DNA of 64,000 nt, taken from the NCBI GenBank assembly GCA_963730935.1, contig CAVSTP010000002.1, forward strand, positions 256,001-320,000, in the 5' to 3' direction. Of this stretch, positions 19,498-29,891 are shown one piece after another. The notes under the pieces were generated by a model. The model ran no database searches and was not told where the DNA came from. It saw nothing but the letters and a program-made list of their open reading frames with translations. Position 1 is the stretch's first letter. Each line of letters begins with the position of its first letter. The position numbers and the translations under genes are program-made. Origin of the DNA: an uncultured Nitrospiraceae bacterium (lineage in GTDB: Bacteria; Nitrospirota; Nitrospiria; Nitrospirales; Nitrospiraceae).

Positions 19498-20357
19498 GGA
19501 CGATTCACTCTCCGCCGGCCATGACCGCATGGAGCCAACGCCTGCGGCGTGAAGGAGTCGTGATCGGCTTTGTTCCCACGATGGGTGCGCTGCATGAAGG
19601 GCATCGGGCCCTGATTCGGGCGGCGCGTCTCAAGTGCGACGCGCTCGTCGTCAGTATTTTCGTAAATCCCACCCAGTTTGCTCCGACCGAAGATCTGACC
19701 ACCTACCCACGTCGCCTCTCACAGGACCGGGCGATGTGCCGGGAAGAAGGCGTCGATGTATGCTTCGAGCCGAGCCCTGCCGCGATGTATCCGGAGGGAT
19801 TTCAAACGGTCGTGACTGTCCCGTCCGTCGCCCGCCGTTGGGAAGGCGAATCACGGCCTCATCACTTTGCCGGTGTCGCGACCGTCGTCACGAAACTCTT
19901 TGGCGTGGTCCGGCCGGACGTCGTATGGTTCGGACAAAAAGATTTTCAGCAGTGTGCAGTCGTTCGGCAACTCGTGAAGGATTTGAATATCAACATCCGT
20001 CTCATCGTTCAACCGACAGTCAGGGAGCGTGACGGGTTCGCCATGAGTTCCCGCAATGTCTACCTTTCAACCGAAGAGCGCCGGCTGGCGCCGATGTTTT
20101 ACCAGGCTTTGCTCACAGGGCGACGGGCGGTCGAGGCCGGCGTGACTGATCCGGAGACGGTGCAGGCCATGATGCGGAAAGTCCTCGGAGGGCAGCCGGC
20201 GATCCGAATAGACTACCTCGCCATTTGTGAGCCCGAGACGCTGGAGCCGCTCGACCGAATTGACCGACAGGCAGTGATCCTCGGGGCGATTCGCCTCGGG
20301 TCGGTCCGTCTCATCGACAATGTGCTCACGAGGGCGAAAGCCGTCAGGCGGGGCTGA
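19494..20357 (+). CDS. panC: Pantoate-beta-alanine ligase
   Basis: FVPTMGALHEGH, SIFVNPTQF, FGQKDFQQ, AMSSRN, RLIDN. Confidence 0.95.
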   Translation: MRTIHSPPAMTAWSQRLRREGVVIGFVPTMGALHEGHRALIRAARLKCDALVVSIFVNPTQFAPTEDLTTYPRRLSQDRAMCREEGVDVCFEPSPAAMYPEGFQTVVTVPSVARRWEGESRPHHFAGVATVVTKLFGVVRPDVVWFGQKDFQQCAVVRQLVKDLNINIRLIVQPTVRERDGFAMSSRNVYLSTEERRLAPMFYQALLTGRRAVEAGVTDPETVQAMMRKVLGGQPAIRIDYLAICEPETLEPLDRIDRQAVILGAIRLGSVRLIDNVLTRAKAVRRG

Positions 20358-20364
20358 TTCGAGG

Positions 20365-20521
20365 TAACAGGCTGTTCAAAATAGGTTGAAAGTCTGAGCG
20401 AAGCGAGAACGATGTCCGGCGCAAGCCCGGTCAATCGATTGCAAAGCAATCGGGGGTGGAGGGTGGAAATAATCACCCGGAGCGGGTGGGTGAGAAGACG
20501 ACCGTTTTCAAGAGCCTGTTA
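20365..20521. mobile_element. MITE-like element with terminal inverted repeats
   Basis: TAACAGGCTGTTCAAAA (20365-20381) versus TTTTCAAGAGCCTGTTA (20505-20521), 15/17 inverted match; no coding capacity. Confidence 0.65.
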
Positions 20522-21028
20522 GGCGGTGCTGGCCGGATGGTGCCCCTGGCTCACCAGCAAACCCAAGACGACCTGGCTCAAGCGACGTTGATCGGACAGC
20601 GGTATCTCCAGAAACCGAAGCCCGACCGATGTCGGACGGACTGAGCAGACCATCGCCGTATCAATACGAATCGACTCGTCCTCTTGATCAGACTTGAGCA
20701 CCAGCCCCAGAAACGTCCCGCGCGGCAGGCCGGTGGTCTGTAAGGTGCACCCGTCCATCGAAATGTCCGTAATGCGATTCGTCGACTGCACGCGGTTATC
20801 GGCGAGGAACTGCGCCTGAATCGAGGTTGGGAGGCGCTTGTATTGGCGACGATCGAGGGCCTGGGCGCTTCCGCCGGCCTCTCGGTGGAAGGCGCGGAAC
20901 TTATTCATACACAGCTGACAGCGAAACGGAAACACGTGCAACTGCTGCAGCACCCGTTCCATCATCCCGGTCTGAGGCGCGACACGGACGAATGGCGTAC
21001 CGCAATTGGGGCAATGGAGTGTCTTCAT
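20519..21028 (-). CDS. PilZ-domain protein with N-terminal zinc ribbon
   Basis: CPNC...CQLC, RRQYKR, DISMDGC, GLRF. Confidence 0.85.
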   Translation of the reverse strand: MKTLHCPNCGTPFVRVAPQTGMMERVLQQLHVFPFRCQLCMNKFRAFHREAGGSAQALDRRQYKRLPTSIQAQFLADNRVQSTNRITDISMDGCTLQTTGLPRGTFLGLVLKSDQEDESIRIDTAMVCSVRPTSVGLRFLEIPLSDQRRLSQVVLGLLVSQGHHPASTA

Positions 21029-21477
21029 GCCCGCGGTTCGACCTCTTCACAGGTGTGCGGTGATTCTACCACCCGCTCGCGCGTGTGTTGTTGCGCAGCG
21101 AGGATCGGTTCAATTGCGGCCGGCGAGTAGGTCGACGGCTTTACCCATTTGCCATCGTCGCGCTTATAGCCGCCAACCTTGCTCATGTTGGACCGGTGCA
21201 CTTCGCGGAACACCGGGTCCATGTCGATTCCGTACGACACAGCCGTCCCGTAGACCACGTACAACAGATCGGCCAGTTCCTTGGCGATCGCCGCCAGGTC
21301 GACCTTTTCCATCGCCTCTTTCAGCTCTTCGAACTCTTCGTGAATCAGTCGCTCGCGCAAGACACGCGTCCGCTCATCGACCTGGCCCGGAGTCTGCTGA
21401 ACCAGGATATCGAAGAGGCGATGAAAACGCTCCACCATCGATTGCGGATCCAGGTCCGGCTGTTCATTCATCTTCAT
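21025..21477 (-). CDS. MazG-like/PRA-PH-like NTP pyrophosphohydrolase
   Basis: LIHEEFEEL, ELADLLYVVYG, EVHRSNMSK. Confidence 0.85.
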   Translation of the reverse strand: MKMNEQPDLDPQSMVERFHRLFDILVQQTPGQVDERTRVLRERLIHEEFEELKEAMEKVDLAAIAKELADLLYVVYGTAVSYGIDMDPVFREVHRSNMSKVGGYKRDDGKWVKPSTYSPAAIEPILAAQQHTRERVVESPHTCEEVEPRA

Positions 21478-22855
21478 AGGGCAACGCCTTTCTGGCAACG
21501 ACTTCCACAGGTTCGAGTGCGCCGATCTCCTTCTCGGACGAGACGCCCAATTCCTTGAACCGGCGCGCCGCCGGCAAAATCCTGGTTTCCAACGACCCGA
21601 CCGCTTTGTTGTAAGCGATCACGCTTTTCCCCAGCGACTGCCCTACGTCGTTCACATGCTCCGCAAGAATGGCCATGCGCTCGTAGAGGTCTTTTCCCAG
21701 TCGGCCGGCTTCTTCGGCGTGCGCGGCCAACCGTTCCTGCCGCCAGCCGTAGGCCACGGCCCTTAGGAGCGCCATCAGCGTGGTGGGTGTGGCCAGCACA
21801 ACTCCCTGAGCAAATCCCTCTTCGATCAACCGCGGCTCTTGCTCCAATGCGGCACCTAGAAACTGCTCTCCGGGCAGAAACAGCACGACGAATTCCGGCG
21901 CCTGCTCGAACTGGTTCCAGTAAGCTTTGAGACTCAATTCGTTGATGCGCATTCGCACTTGCGCGGCATGGCGCCGCAGCCCTTCCAGTCGATGCTCTTC
22001 ATCCGGAGCCTCATGAGCATCGAGATATCCGGAGAGGACGGTTTTGGCATCCACAATGATTTGACGGCCGCCCGGCAACTGGACGACCATATCCGGTCGC
22101 AACCGACCGTCGTCGGACATGACCGATTCCTGCTCGAAAAAATCGCAGTGAGCGACCATGCCCGCCAATTCGGCCACGCGCTTGAGCGTAATTTCCCCCC
22201 AGCGGCCACGGACCGCGGGCGCTTTCAGGGCATTGACGAGATTGCCCGTTTCCTGCTGCAGCCGCTGCTGAGTTTCTGCCAGTAGCTTCAAATGCTGATC
22301 GAGCCCTCCGTAGGCGGCCTGACGTGACTGCTCCAGCTGACGCAGCTGCTCGTCATAGCGATGCAGTGACTCCGAAAGGGGTTTAACCAGGTCGTCGATC
22401 GCCTGCTGTCGTTGGGCCAGGTCGCCCTTGGCTTCCGCATGCAGGGTGTGAAACGTCGTCTTGGCAAGGCTGAGGAACGCTTCATTGTTCTGCTTGAGCG
22501 CTTCACCCGAGAGGGCTTGAAACGATTCAGCCAGTTCGTGACGCGCCTGAGCGAGCAGCAGTTTCTGTTCTTCGACGTGCTTGACGGTTTCAGCGGCTTG
22601 GGTTTCCGCGACGGCGCGGGCTCGCGCGGCTTCGGCGAGATCGCTGCGAAGGCGATCAAGTTCCACCCGGTTCGTCTCCACTGATCGGCGCAGCTCGTCC
22701 GCGAGGGTTTCAGCACGTTGGGCACGCTCCGCGGCCCCGAGCACTTGGGCCTCGAATTGGGACCGGAGACGGGTCAACCGCCACAGCCCTACTGCCAATG
22801 CCCCAAGCACGAGACCTCCGAACAGACCCAGGATGAAGGTAGTACTCTCAACCAT
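21464..22855 (-). CDS. rmuC: DNA recombination protein RmuC
   Basis: N-terminal TM, coiled coil, RGRWGE, RPDMVVQLP, VDAK, FVVLFLPGE, ATPTTL. Confidence 0.93.
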   Translation of the reverse strand: MVESTTFILGLFGGLVLGALAVGLWRLTRLRSQFEAQVLGAAERAQRAETLADELRRSVETNRVELDRLRSDLAEAARARAVAETQAAETVKHVEEQKLLLAQARHELAESFQALSGEALKQNNEAFLSLAKTTFHTLHAEAKGDLAQRQQAIDDLVKPLSESLHRYDEQLRQLEQSRQAAYGGLDQHLKLLAETQQRLQQETGNLVNALKAPAVRGRWGEITLKRVAELAGMVAHCDFFEQESVMSDDGRLRPDMVVQLPGGRQIIVDAKTVLSGYLDAHEAPDEEHRLEGLRRHAAQVRMRINELSLKAYWNQFEQAPEFVVLFLPGEQFLGAALEQEPRLIEEGFAQGVVLATPTTLMALLRAVAYGWRQERLAAHAEEAGRLGKDLYERMAILAEHVNDVGQSLGKSVIAYNKAVGSLETRILPAARRFKELGVSSEKEIGALEPVEVVARKALPYEDE

Positions 22856-22929
22856 GGAGGACTCCGCAGGGCAGATAAACGTTGGTACCGGTGTTGTTCT
22901 CGACGGGCAGTTGTACGTTTGTTTTCGGG

Positions 22930-22958
22930 AGGTTACGTAAAGTCTTACAAAACGTCAA
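22930..22958 (-). promoter_or_regulatory. Sigma70-like promoter for rmuC with a palindrome in the spacer
   Basis: TTGACG-17 nt-TAACCT; GTAA-N4-TTAC at 22937-22948. Confidence 0.5.
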
Positions 22959-23109
22959 GGGCGCGAGATAGCCAGAGCCGTTCGGCCCTACCGCCATGAC
23001 ATTGGAACTGAGCACTGTTTTCTTAGGGTTGTTGAGAACCGTCGGGCCCTCGCGGCGGGTGAAGAGACATGCGCCTACGTCAGCGCAGTGATTCGGCGAC
23101 CGAAGCCTA

Positions 23110-25734
23110 TTAGGGTCCCGAGGTGGAGGCGCGGCGTCTGACGACGCCCTGCGCCGCATCGAGATTTACGTGCTCTCCTTCAGATAAGCGTGCCATCGCC
23201 TGCACTACGTTTGCAACCGTCGGCAACCCGTACTCACGCGCAATGATCGCCCCGTGGGACAGCGTGCCGCCCAACTCCACAATCAAGCCGCCGGCGATGC
23301 CGAACAGCGGGGCCATGCCGGGATCGATGACAGGGGCCACGATGATGTCGCCGCGTCGAACACGGCTCCAATCCGTCGTTCCCCGCACGAACCGTACGGG
23401 ACCGGTCACGAGTCCCGAACTGACCGGAATGCCGCGCAACAAGCCGTCGGCCCCCGGTAAAGATTCATGAGACCCGGTTTGCGGATCGTCCCAGCCGCAA
23501 ATGACGTCAGGAACCTCCAGGGTCTTCCAATACTCGCGTTCAGCACGGCGAGCCTGGATCAGCGCGGACCACGTTTCAGTCGATACCTTCTCCAATGCTT
23601 CGCGCTCTTGCAACGAGAGAAAGAAGATATCCTCGTTGTGCGTGAAGATGCCCCGATCGATCAGGAGTTCACCGAGGTGGAGCAGAAGACGTCTCGCCGC
23701 CAGTGAGTACCACATGAGATGGTGGCGATTCGCTTCACGCAACGAAAAGAACCGACACAGACGCCGATACCACCAGAGAAAGACGAGCCAGCGATCGAAG
23801 CGCCAGCCGCATCGCGCTCTGATAGTTCCCAATGCATGATCTCTGACCGTTCGCTGACGCCGGATGAGCTCATCTGGCATCGCGGGCGGTCCCTCAAGCT
23901 GCGTTTTGATTACCTCGAGAAGCGCTTCCGGCTGATCGGCCAGCCGTGGAGACATGATGTCCGACTCGCCGACCGCACGATGGCCATAGTCTTCAAGATA
24001 GCGGTCGAAAGCGGAGAGGAAGGGACTTCCCTCGAACCTCTGCCGAGCAAGGCCGGGGTCCCAACCACGCTTGAGCGCATTCGACAGGGCCACATCTTTT
24101 CTGGCGAGTTCCACAAGATCAGCAATGCGCAGGATCTGTTGGGCACTGACGACCGTGCCCTGGCCTTGCAGCGACTCGTTCAGCAGACGCCGCCAGTCTG
24201 GTCCCAACCAGCCGGGCAGAAGCCGGCGAAAGGCTTGCAGGCACTGACCCGTCCCTGCAGCGATTGCAAACGTCATCTCGCGGCCATCGAGCCAACGGCC
24301 CAACTCGTCCAGGCGCGCTCGGACTTCCGTGAGCGACATCGGCTGCACCCGCTCACGACTGTACCGCGCGGCCAGCGCTTTCATCTCCGCAAACACCACA
24401 GGACTCTCCCGCAAGACCCGTCGCATCTCCAGCCACATCAGCCAACCGGCCCGCAACAATGCAGGCCGCCCGAGTTGTTGCACGGGAGGAGCCGATCGAA
24501 TCGGATCGCCTCCCATGTGTTCCGCATTCAATGCGGGATCGCCTCCCATCTGGCCGACCAGCATATGAAACAGCGTCACATTCAGATAGGGACGGCCGGC
24601 ATATATACGAACTGAACGTAGCCCAGAAGGTATCCGACAGCCCAACCGGCGATAGTGCGAGAGAATATAGGCGTCCATAAAATGTTCGAGGAAGGACAGC
24701 CCCATAGGGCTCGGCAGCTCCGGCATCGTCTCTTTGAAATTCGCACGTGACCACTCACTCTCTTCATTCGTGGGATCCGAACTCGCTTGGACGGCCGTGA
24801 CCGGCCGGACCTGCAGGGCCCAAAGGCGCTCGCGATCAATCGCCCATTCCACATCCACAGGGTGCTGAAAGATCCGTTCGATGCGCTTTGTCACCGCTGC
24901 CACTTCGAATAGTTGCTGGTCAGAAAGCGGCGGCTGCTTGCGCTCAAGCCATGGAACCGGCTCCATCGCAACCCCGCCGGCGGAGGCAACCAACCGTTCG
25001 TGCTGCTGTCCGGAAGTGTGTCGGATCACCCGCCGAGGCTGACCGTCGATTGTCTCGACAAGGTACTGATCGGGCGTGACCGTTCCATCGACCAGGGGCT
25101 GACCCAACCCCCGAATGGCGTTGACCGTCACATGACTATCACGGCCTGTGACCGGATCAATGGAATAGGCAACACCAGTGATCGTGGGGTTCAGCAAGGG
25201 CTGAATGACGACCGCCATGGAAGGCGGCAGATCACCAGTGCCCGATTTCCCCGTGTACTCGAAGACCCGCTCCTCCCAGAGTGAGGCCCAGACCTCGATG
25301 ATTCCGTGTGCAAGCTCTTCACTCCGCACACCCAATACCGTTCGATACAAGCCCGCAGCGCTTGACTGCGCCGAATCTTCGTTACTTGCCGATGACCTCA
25401 AGGCCCATTGTCGTTCATGCGCACCGGCCACCCGCCGCAACTCTTCCCATACACCCGGAAGAATACCGGAAAGGTCCGAGCGGCGGATCGCGGCCTGGCA
25501 GTCTTGCAGCTCCCGCCGTCGATCTTCCCCCATTAGTCCAAGCGCACGGCGCCAGCGTTCACGAGGATCAAAACCGAGAGTTGCCAGGGACTGCTCATAG
25601 GCGCGTGTCGTCACACAGCAGCCATCCGGAACCGCCAGACCGGCTGCGAGAAGACGCGCGATGCCCGAGGCTTTGCCGCCGACGAGCGAAGAATCGTTGC
25701 ACCGCGAGAGGGGCAGTACCAATGGATCGGCCAT
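23110..25734 (-). CDS. PEP-utilising phosphotransferase (PPDK N-domain, central domain, His swivel; rifampin phosphotransferase-like architecture)
   Basis: VGGKA, RSSASNED, GLGQPLVDG, DVEWA, LQVRPVT, YGHR, GGTLSHGAIIAREYGLP. Confidence 0.85.
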   Translation of the reverse strand: MADPLVLPLSRCNDSSLVGGKASGIARLLAAGLAVPDGCCVTTRAYEQSLATLGFDPRERWRRALGLMGEDRRRELQDCQAAIRRSDLSGILPGVWEELRRVAGAHERQWALRSSASNEDSAQSSAAGLYRTVLGVRSEELAHGIIEVWASLWEERVFEYTGKSGTGDLPPSMAVVIQPLLNPTITGVAYSIDPVTGRDSHVTVNAIRGLGQPLVDGTVTPDQYLVETIDGQPRRVIRHTSGQQHERLVASAGGVAMEPVPWLERKQPPLSDQQLFEVAAVTKRIERIFQHPVDVEWAIDRERLWALQVRPVTAVQASSDPTNEESEWSRANFKETMPELPSPMGLSFLEHFMDAYILSHYRRLGCRIPSGLRSVRIYAGRPYLNVTLFHMLVGQMGGDPALNAEHMGGDPIRSAPPVQQLGRPALLRAGWLMWLEMRRVLRESPVVFAEMKALAARYSRERVQPMSLTEVRARLDELGRWLDGREMTFAIAAGTGQCLQAFRRLLPGWLGPDWRRLLNESLQGQGTVVSAQQILRIADLVELARKDVALSNALKRGWDPGLARQRFEGSPFLSAFDRYLEDYGHRAVGESDIMSPRLADQPEALLEVIKTQLEGPPAMPDELIRRQRTVRDHALGTIRARCGWRFDRWLVFLWWYRRLCRFFSLREANRHHLMWYSLAARRLLLHLGELLIDRGIFTHNEDIFFLSLQEREALEKVSTETWSALIQARRAEREYWKTLEVPDVICGWDDPQTGSHESLPGADGLLRGIPVSSGLVTGPVRFVRGTTDWSRVRRGDIIVAPVIDPGMAPLFGIAGGLIVELGGTLSHGAIIAREYGLPTVANVVQAMARLSEGEHVNLDAAQGVVRRRASTSGP

Positions 25735-25749
25735 CGGGGGGGATACTAC

Positions 25750-27102
25750 CTAGAAGACGAAGACGAGGTAAAGATCGTTGACGTTCGTGCCGGTCGGACC
25801 GGTCGTGATATGGCAGTTCAGGCGTTTCAGTGCGCGGTAACTGTCATGGCGGCTCAACGCTGCATCCAGATCCAACCCCATGGCTTTGGCGCGGCTCCAC
25901 GTCTCGCCACTGACAAGAGCCCCTGCGGCATCCGTGGGACCATCGGTGCCATCCGTGGCAACGGCCGCGACGTAGACGCCGCGAAGGCCGGCCACCGCTT
26001 TGGCAGCAGCCAACGCGAACTCTTGAGCGCGTCCTCCTTTACCGCTTCCCGTCACGGTGACGGTGGTCTCTCCGCCGGCCATCACACAACAGGGTCTTGG
26101 CAGGGGCCGCCGCCGCATGAGAATCCTCTTTGCCAGTGTGCCCATGTCCGCACCGGCTTTTCGGGCGTCCTTGGTGAACGGCGGCAACAGGAGGGTTCGC
26201 CAACCCGCCGCTCGCGCTGTTGCGATGAGGGCAGCAAGGGCCGTGGCATTGTTGCCGATGATCTCGTGCTGAATGCGCCGGAACAGCCTGGCTCCTGGCT
26301 TCGGCGTCTCGGTCAGTCGCCTATCCACGCCTCTGATGAGATGCCGCCGCACACTCCGTGGGGCCGAAGACCACAGGCCATACCGCCGTAAGCACTGGAT
26401 GGCGTCGCCGTAGGTCGTCGGGTCGTTGGCCGTCGGCCCCGACCCGATGGCGCTCAGCTGATCGCCGATCACGTCCGAGAGAATGAGGGTCACGATCCTC
26501 GCTTCGCTCAGGGCGGCGAGCCGGCCGCCTTTGAGTTTAGACAGATGTTTGCGGACGGTATTGACCTCGGCAATGCCGGCACCGCAACGCAGCAACTGCT
26601 CAGTCACGCGCTGTTTGTCGGCGAGCTTCACGCCGGACACCGGCGCCGGCAGCAAGCTCGAAGCTCCCCCTGAGAGCAGCACGATCAACAAATCGCGGGC
26701 GGTGAGGCCTGTGACGAGTTTCATGATGCGCCGGGCTGCCGTCAGACCCGCCCGATCCGGGAGCGGATGGCCGGCCTCTACGACGGCAATGCGTGTGGTG
26801 GGAAGCCCGTGGCCGTACTTTACGACGACCACGCCGCCGTCCAGATGGCGTCCAAGGATCGGCTCAATTGCGTGGGCCATCGCGGCGGCGGCCTTGCCTG
26901 CTCCGACGACAACGACCCGTTCATAGTCGCGGAGGTCGTAGCGGCGACGCCCGATCGTGAGATGATCACCGTGCTTCCGAAGATACCGTCGGAGTACGCG
27001 ACCGGCGTGAGCGGAAGCCAGCGCCTGTTTCAACATGTTGGCCAGCAGAGGGCGCGCGCGCGACACAGGAATCCGCATCAGCATGGATGGACGCTGGAAC
27101 AC
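25750..27102 (-). CDS. Glycerate kinase type 2 (MOFRL family); start uncertain
   Basis: GAGKAA, EAGHPLPD, LSGGASSL, RKHLS, SDVIGD, GGETTV, TDGTDG, TGPTGTNVND. Confidence 0.92.
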   Translation of the reverse strand: MFQRPSMLMRIPVSRARPLLANMLKQALASAHAGRVLRRYLRKHGDHLTIGRRRYDLRDYERVVVVGAGKAAAAMAHAIEPILGRHLDGGVVVVKYGHGLPTTRIAVVEAGHPLPDRAGLTAARRIMKLVTGLTARDLLIVLLSGGASSLLPAPVSGVKLADKQRVTEQLLRCGAGIAEVNTVRKHLSKLKGGRLAALSEARIVTLILSDVIGDQLSAIGSGPTANDPTTYGDAIQCLRRYGLWSSAPRSVRRHLIRGVDRRLTETPKPGARLFRRIQHEIIGNNATALAALIATARAAGWRTLLLPPFTKDARKAGADMGTLAKRILMRRRPLPRPCCVMAGGETTVTVTGSGKGGRAQEFALAAAKAVAGLRGVYVAAVATDGTDGPTDAAGALVSGETWSRAKAMGLDLDAALSRHDSYRALKRLNCHITTGPTGTNVNDLYLVFVF

Positions 27103-27159
27103 CGAGAAGCACCCGGAGGTCGCTGGAAGACGACGCGGACTGCCGTTTTCACCATCGGG

Positions 27160-28212
27160 TCAGGGCGACTTCTCTTGCTTGAAGCAGCGGGAGGGACAGG
27201 TTTGACGAGGGACCTTGATCTGATATGTACCGTGCGGCAAGAAATCTTTCTTGAACTCAGGGTTCAGTAATTTCAGTTCCAGGAAGTAGGTACCGAACTC
27301 CTCGGCGATGGAGGTGAGGGCGCGCTGGGACTCCTTGATGTTCACGGTGATCGTTTCTGTTTCGAGGGGAATATACAGATCCTTTTTGCTCAACCCCAAA
27401 TATTTTTCCGGCTGGCTATAGATCTCCTTGGCGGCAATGATGCGGGGCACGTAGCGCATGGTTTCCCGCGGCCCGTGCATTTTCCAATAATCGGTAATCT
27501 TCTGCTCCTTGAGCAGCTTGCGGATGCGCTCTTCGCCGGCATTGTAAGATGCCATGGCCATGAACCAGTCGTTGCTCTGAAAATCCTTGAGATACTTGAG
27601 GTACTTCACAGCCGCTTCCGTGGACATCTCCAGGTTCCGGCGCTCATCGCGCACGGCGTCACTTTTCAATCGATAGCGCCGACCTGTGGAAGGGATGAAC
27701 TGCCAGGGTCCCGACGCCTTGGCTCTGGAGTAGGCGGCGGAAATACATTTACTTTCTACGAGCAGCATATACTTGAGATCGTCAGGCAATCCGGCCTCCG
27801 CCAGTTGGCGCTCCGCCGGGGGAAAGCAGCGGCCCGTGCGTTTCGCCAAAATGATGCTTTCTCCCTGATCTTCCAGAAATTGATAAAACTCGTATTCAAT
27901 CCGTTCGCGAACCTGCCAGTTGTCGAGCGGCACGGGTTGCCCTGCGAACGTCAGCTTCTCCGGAAGCTTGAAGGAACTGAGGTAATAGCGCTCGCCGTCG
28001 CGTTTGATCTCAGGAAGGATCACGAGGCGGTCTTCAGGCTCGTTCGGGTTGTCCAGCGGGTCGGGAAGCGCAAGGTCCCGTTCCGTTTCACCGTTGGCGC
28101 CCGCTGCGGCAGGAGATTCTTTTGAAACGGCGTCCGGTTGCGGCTGAGCCTTTGCGGACATCGGAACCGTCATCGCCAACACCGCCGCGAGTAACACGCG
28201 CAGCATGCCCAT
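27160..28212 (-). CDS. Lytic transglycosylase (SLT/MltD-like)
   Basis: LPDDLKYMLLVES, ASGPWQFIPST, ASYNAGE, ETMRYVPRI; GGAGG RBS. Confidence 0.88.
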   Translation of the reverse strand: MGMLRVLLAAVLAMTVPMSAKAQPQPDAVSKESPAAAGANGETERDLALPDPLDNPNEPEDRLVILPEIKRDGERYYLSSFKLPEKLTFAGQPVPLDNWQVRERIEYEFYQFLEDQGESIILAKRTGRCFPPAERQLAEAGLPDDLKYMLLVESKCISAAYSRAKASGPWQFIPSTGRRYRLKSDAVRDERRNLEMSTEAAVKYLKYLKDFQSNDWFMAMASYNAGEERIRKLLKEQKITDYWKMHGPRETMRYVPRIIAAKEIYSQPEKYLGLSKKDLYIPLETETITVNIKESQRALTSIAEEFGTYFLELKLLNPEFKKDFLPHGTYQIKVPRQTCPSRCFKQEKSP

Positions 28213-28323
28213 CGTTCCTCCCAGTTGAACGGACTTTTTCATCCTCACCGTCGTCATGCTAGCAGCAAGCGATGACTCCGGCAAGCAGGATCGCCTTTCA
28301 GAAACGTGTTACACTTCTGCGCG

Positions 28324-29103
28324 ATGAAATCCCTCACGGTCCTCAATCAATGCATCACTTCGTGTACCGCCTGTCCGCGTCTGGTGACGTACCGGCAAAC
28401 GGTCGCAAAGGAAAAACGCCGGCAATATCAGGACTGGATCTATTGGGGTCGTCCAGTCCCTGGATTCGGCGATCCGGCCGCGCGCCTTTACATTCTCGGC
28501 TTGGCGCCGGCTGCGCATGGTGGCAATCGAACGGGGCGCATCTTCACCGGTGATCGGAGCGGGGACTGGCTCTACGAGGCGCTGTACCACTTTGGATTTG
28601 CGAACCAGGCAACCTCTCAGCATAAAGACGACGGCCTGGTCTTGTCGGATTGCTACATCGGAGCGACGGTGCGTTGTGCCCCGCCAGACAACAAACCGTC
28701 ACTTGAGGAGTTCGAACGATGTCGCCCCTACCTGAGGGATGAACTGAGGCTCCTAAAGAACATGCGGGTCGTCGTCAGCCTGGGGAAGATCGCTTTTGAT
28801 CATTACCTCAAGGCCTGCCGCGAAGAAGAACGCGTGATTCCTTCACCGCTTCCGACCTTCGGGCACGGCCAAATTTACGGGCTGCCTTGGGGCGTGACGC
28901 TCATCGGCTCGTACCATCCCAGCCAGCAGAACACGTTCACCGGGAAACTGACCAGACCCATGTTTCACGCCGTGTTCGCCGAAGCCCAAAAGGCTATTCG
29001 CAAGGGAAAGCCGCCGAAACGCGCGGGCCGGCTTCTTCCGGCCCGCGCGAGGCACGTGGTTATTTCTTGTTCTGGGAGTCCCAATCCGCGAGAAACTTCT
29101 TGA
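28324..29103 (+). CDS. Uracil-DNA glycosylase family 5 (UdgB-like)
   Basis: [41 protein letters not shown]. Confidence 0.9.
   Translation: MKSLTVLNQCITSCTACPRLVTYRQTVAKEKRRQYQDWIYWGRPVPGFGDPAARLYILGLAPAAHGGNRTGRIFTGDRSGDWLYEALYHFGFANQATSQHKDDGLVLSDCYIGATVRCAPPDNKPSLEEFERCRPYLRDELRLLKNMRVVVSLGKIAFDHYLKACREEERVIPSPLPTFGHGQIYGLPWGVTLIGSYHPSQQNTFTGKLTRPMFHAVFAEAQKAIRKGKPPKRAGRLLPARARHVVISCSGSPNPRETS
29020..29049. terminator. Strong GC hairpin between the convergent UDG and transaldolase genes
   Basis: CGCGCGGGCCGG-CTTCTT-CCGGCCCGCGCG, perfect 12-bp stem; no clear U-tract. Confidence 0.45.
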
Positions 29104-29707
29104 GACCAAGATCGGTCAAGGGATGCTTGACCATCTGCTGGAAGATCGCGAAGGGCATGGTGCAGATGTGCCCGCCGGCCAACGCCGCTTCGACCACATG
29201 TTGGGGATGCCGCACGCTCGCCACGAGGACGTACGTTTTGAAATCATAATTTTTGTAAATCGTGAGGATCTGCCGAATGAGCTCCATGCCGTTTGAGCTG
29301 ATGTCGTCCAGCCTACCAATGAAGGGAGACACGCACCAGGCGCCGGCCTTCGCCGCCAGCAGGGCTTGCGTGGGCGAAAAGCAGAGTGTGACGTTGACCC
29401 TGATGCCTTCAGCGGCCAGGCGTTTCGTGGCCTTGAGCCCTTCCGCGATCAAAGGCACCTTCACGACGATGTTCTTGTGGATCTTGGCAAGTTCGCGCCC
29501 TTCCTTCACCATCGCGTCGGCTTCGATGCTCACCACCTCGGCACTGATTGGTCCGTCGACGATGTTACAAATCTCGACAAGCACTTCCCGGAAGACGCGA
29601 CCTTCTTTCGCCACCAGCGAGGGATTGGTCGTGACGCCATCCAGCAATCCAAGGCTTGCCGCCTCCTGGATTTCTTTTACGCTGGCTGTATCAAGATAGA
29701 ATTTCAT
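29060..29707 (-). CDS. tal: Transaldolase / fructose-6-phosphate aldolase family
   Basis: [43 protein letters not shown]. Confidence 0.9.
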   Translation of the reverse strand: MKFYLDTASVKEIQEAASLGLLDGVTTNPSLVAKEGRVFREVLVEICNIVDGPISAEVVSIEADAMVKEGRELAKIHKNIVVKVPLIAEGLKATKRLAAEGIRVNVTLCFSPTQALLAAKAGAWCVSPFIGRLDDISSNGMELIRQILTIYKNYDFKTYVLVASVRHPQHVVEAALAGGHICTMPFAIFQQMVKHPLTDLGLKKFLADWDSQNKK

Positions 29708-29891
29708 GGTGATGTCCTTTCATGGGTTCAAGGCTCGTGGGGGAAAATGCGATCTCTCATTGTAAAAAGAACCCTGGGCTGATGCAAACAGCTTCTCCGT
29801 TTGACAGCCAGGGGACCCGCAGTTAGAATCCAGCCGCGAACGGATCCGCCTCTCAGAAGCGGTGATCCCTTCGAATCGAGGAGACATTCCC

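Noticed and set aside
23022..23112. Possible second decayed MITE (TTAGGGTTGTTGAGAA...GCCTATTA)
   Set aside because: The ends match too poorly to support the call.
23110..25734. Rifampicin resistance gene call
   Set aside because: Only the domain architecture is shared; substrate specificity cannot be read from the sequence.
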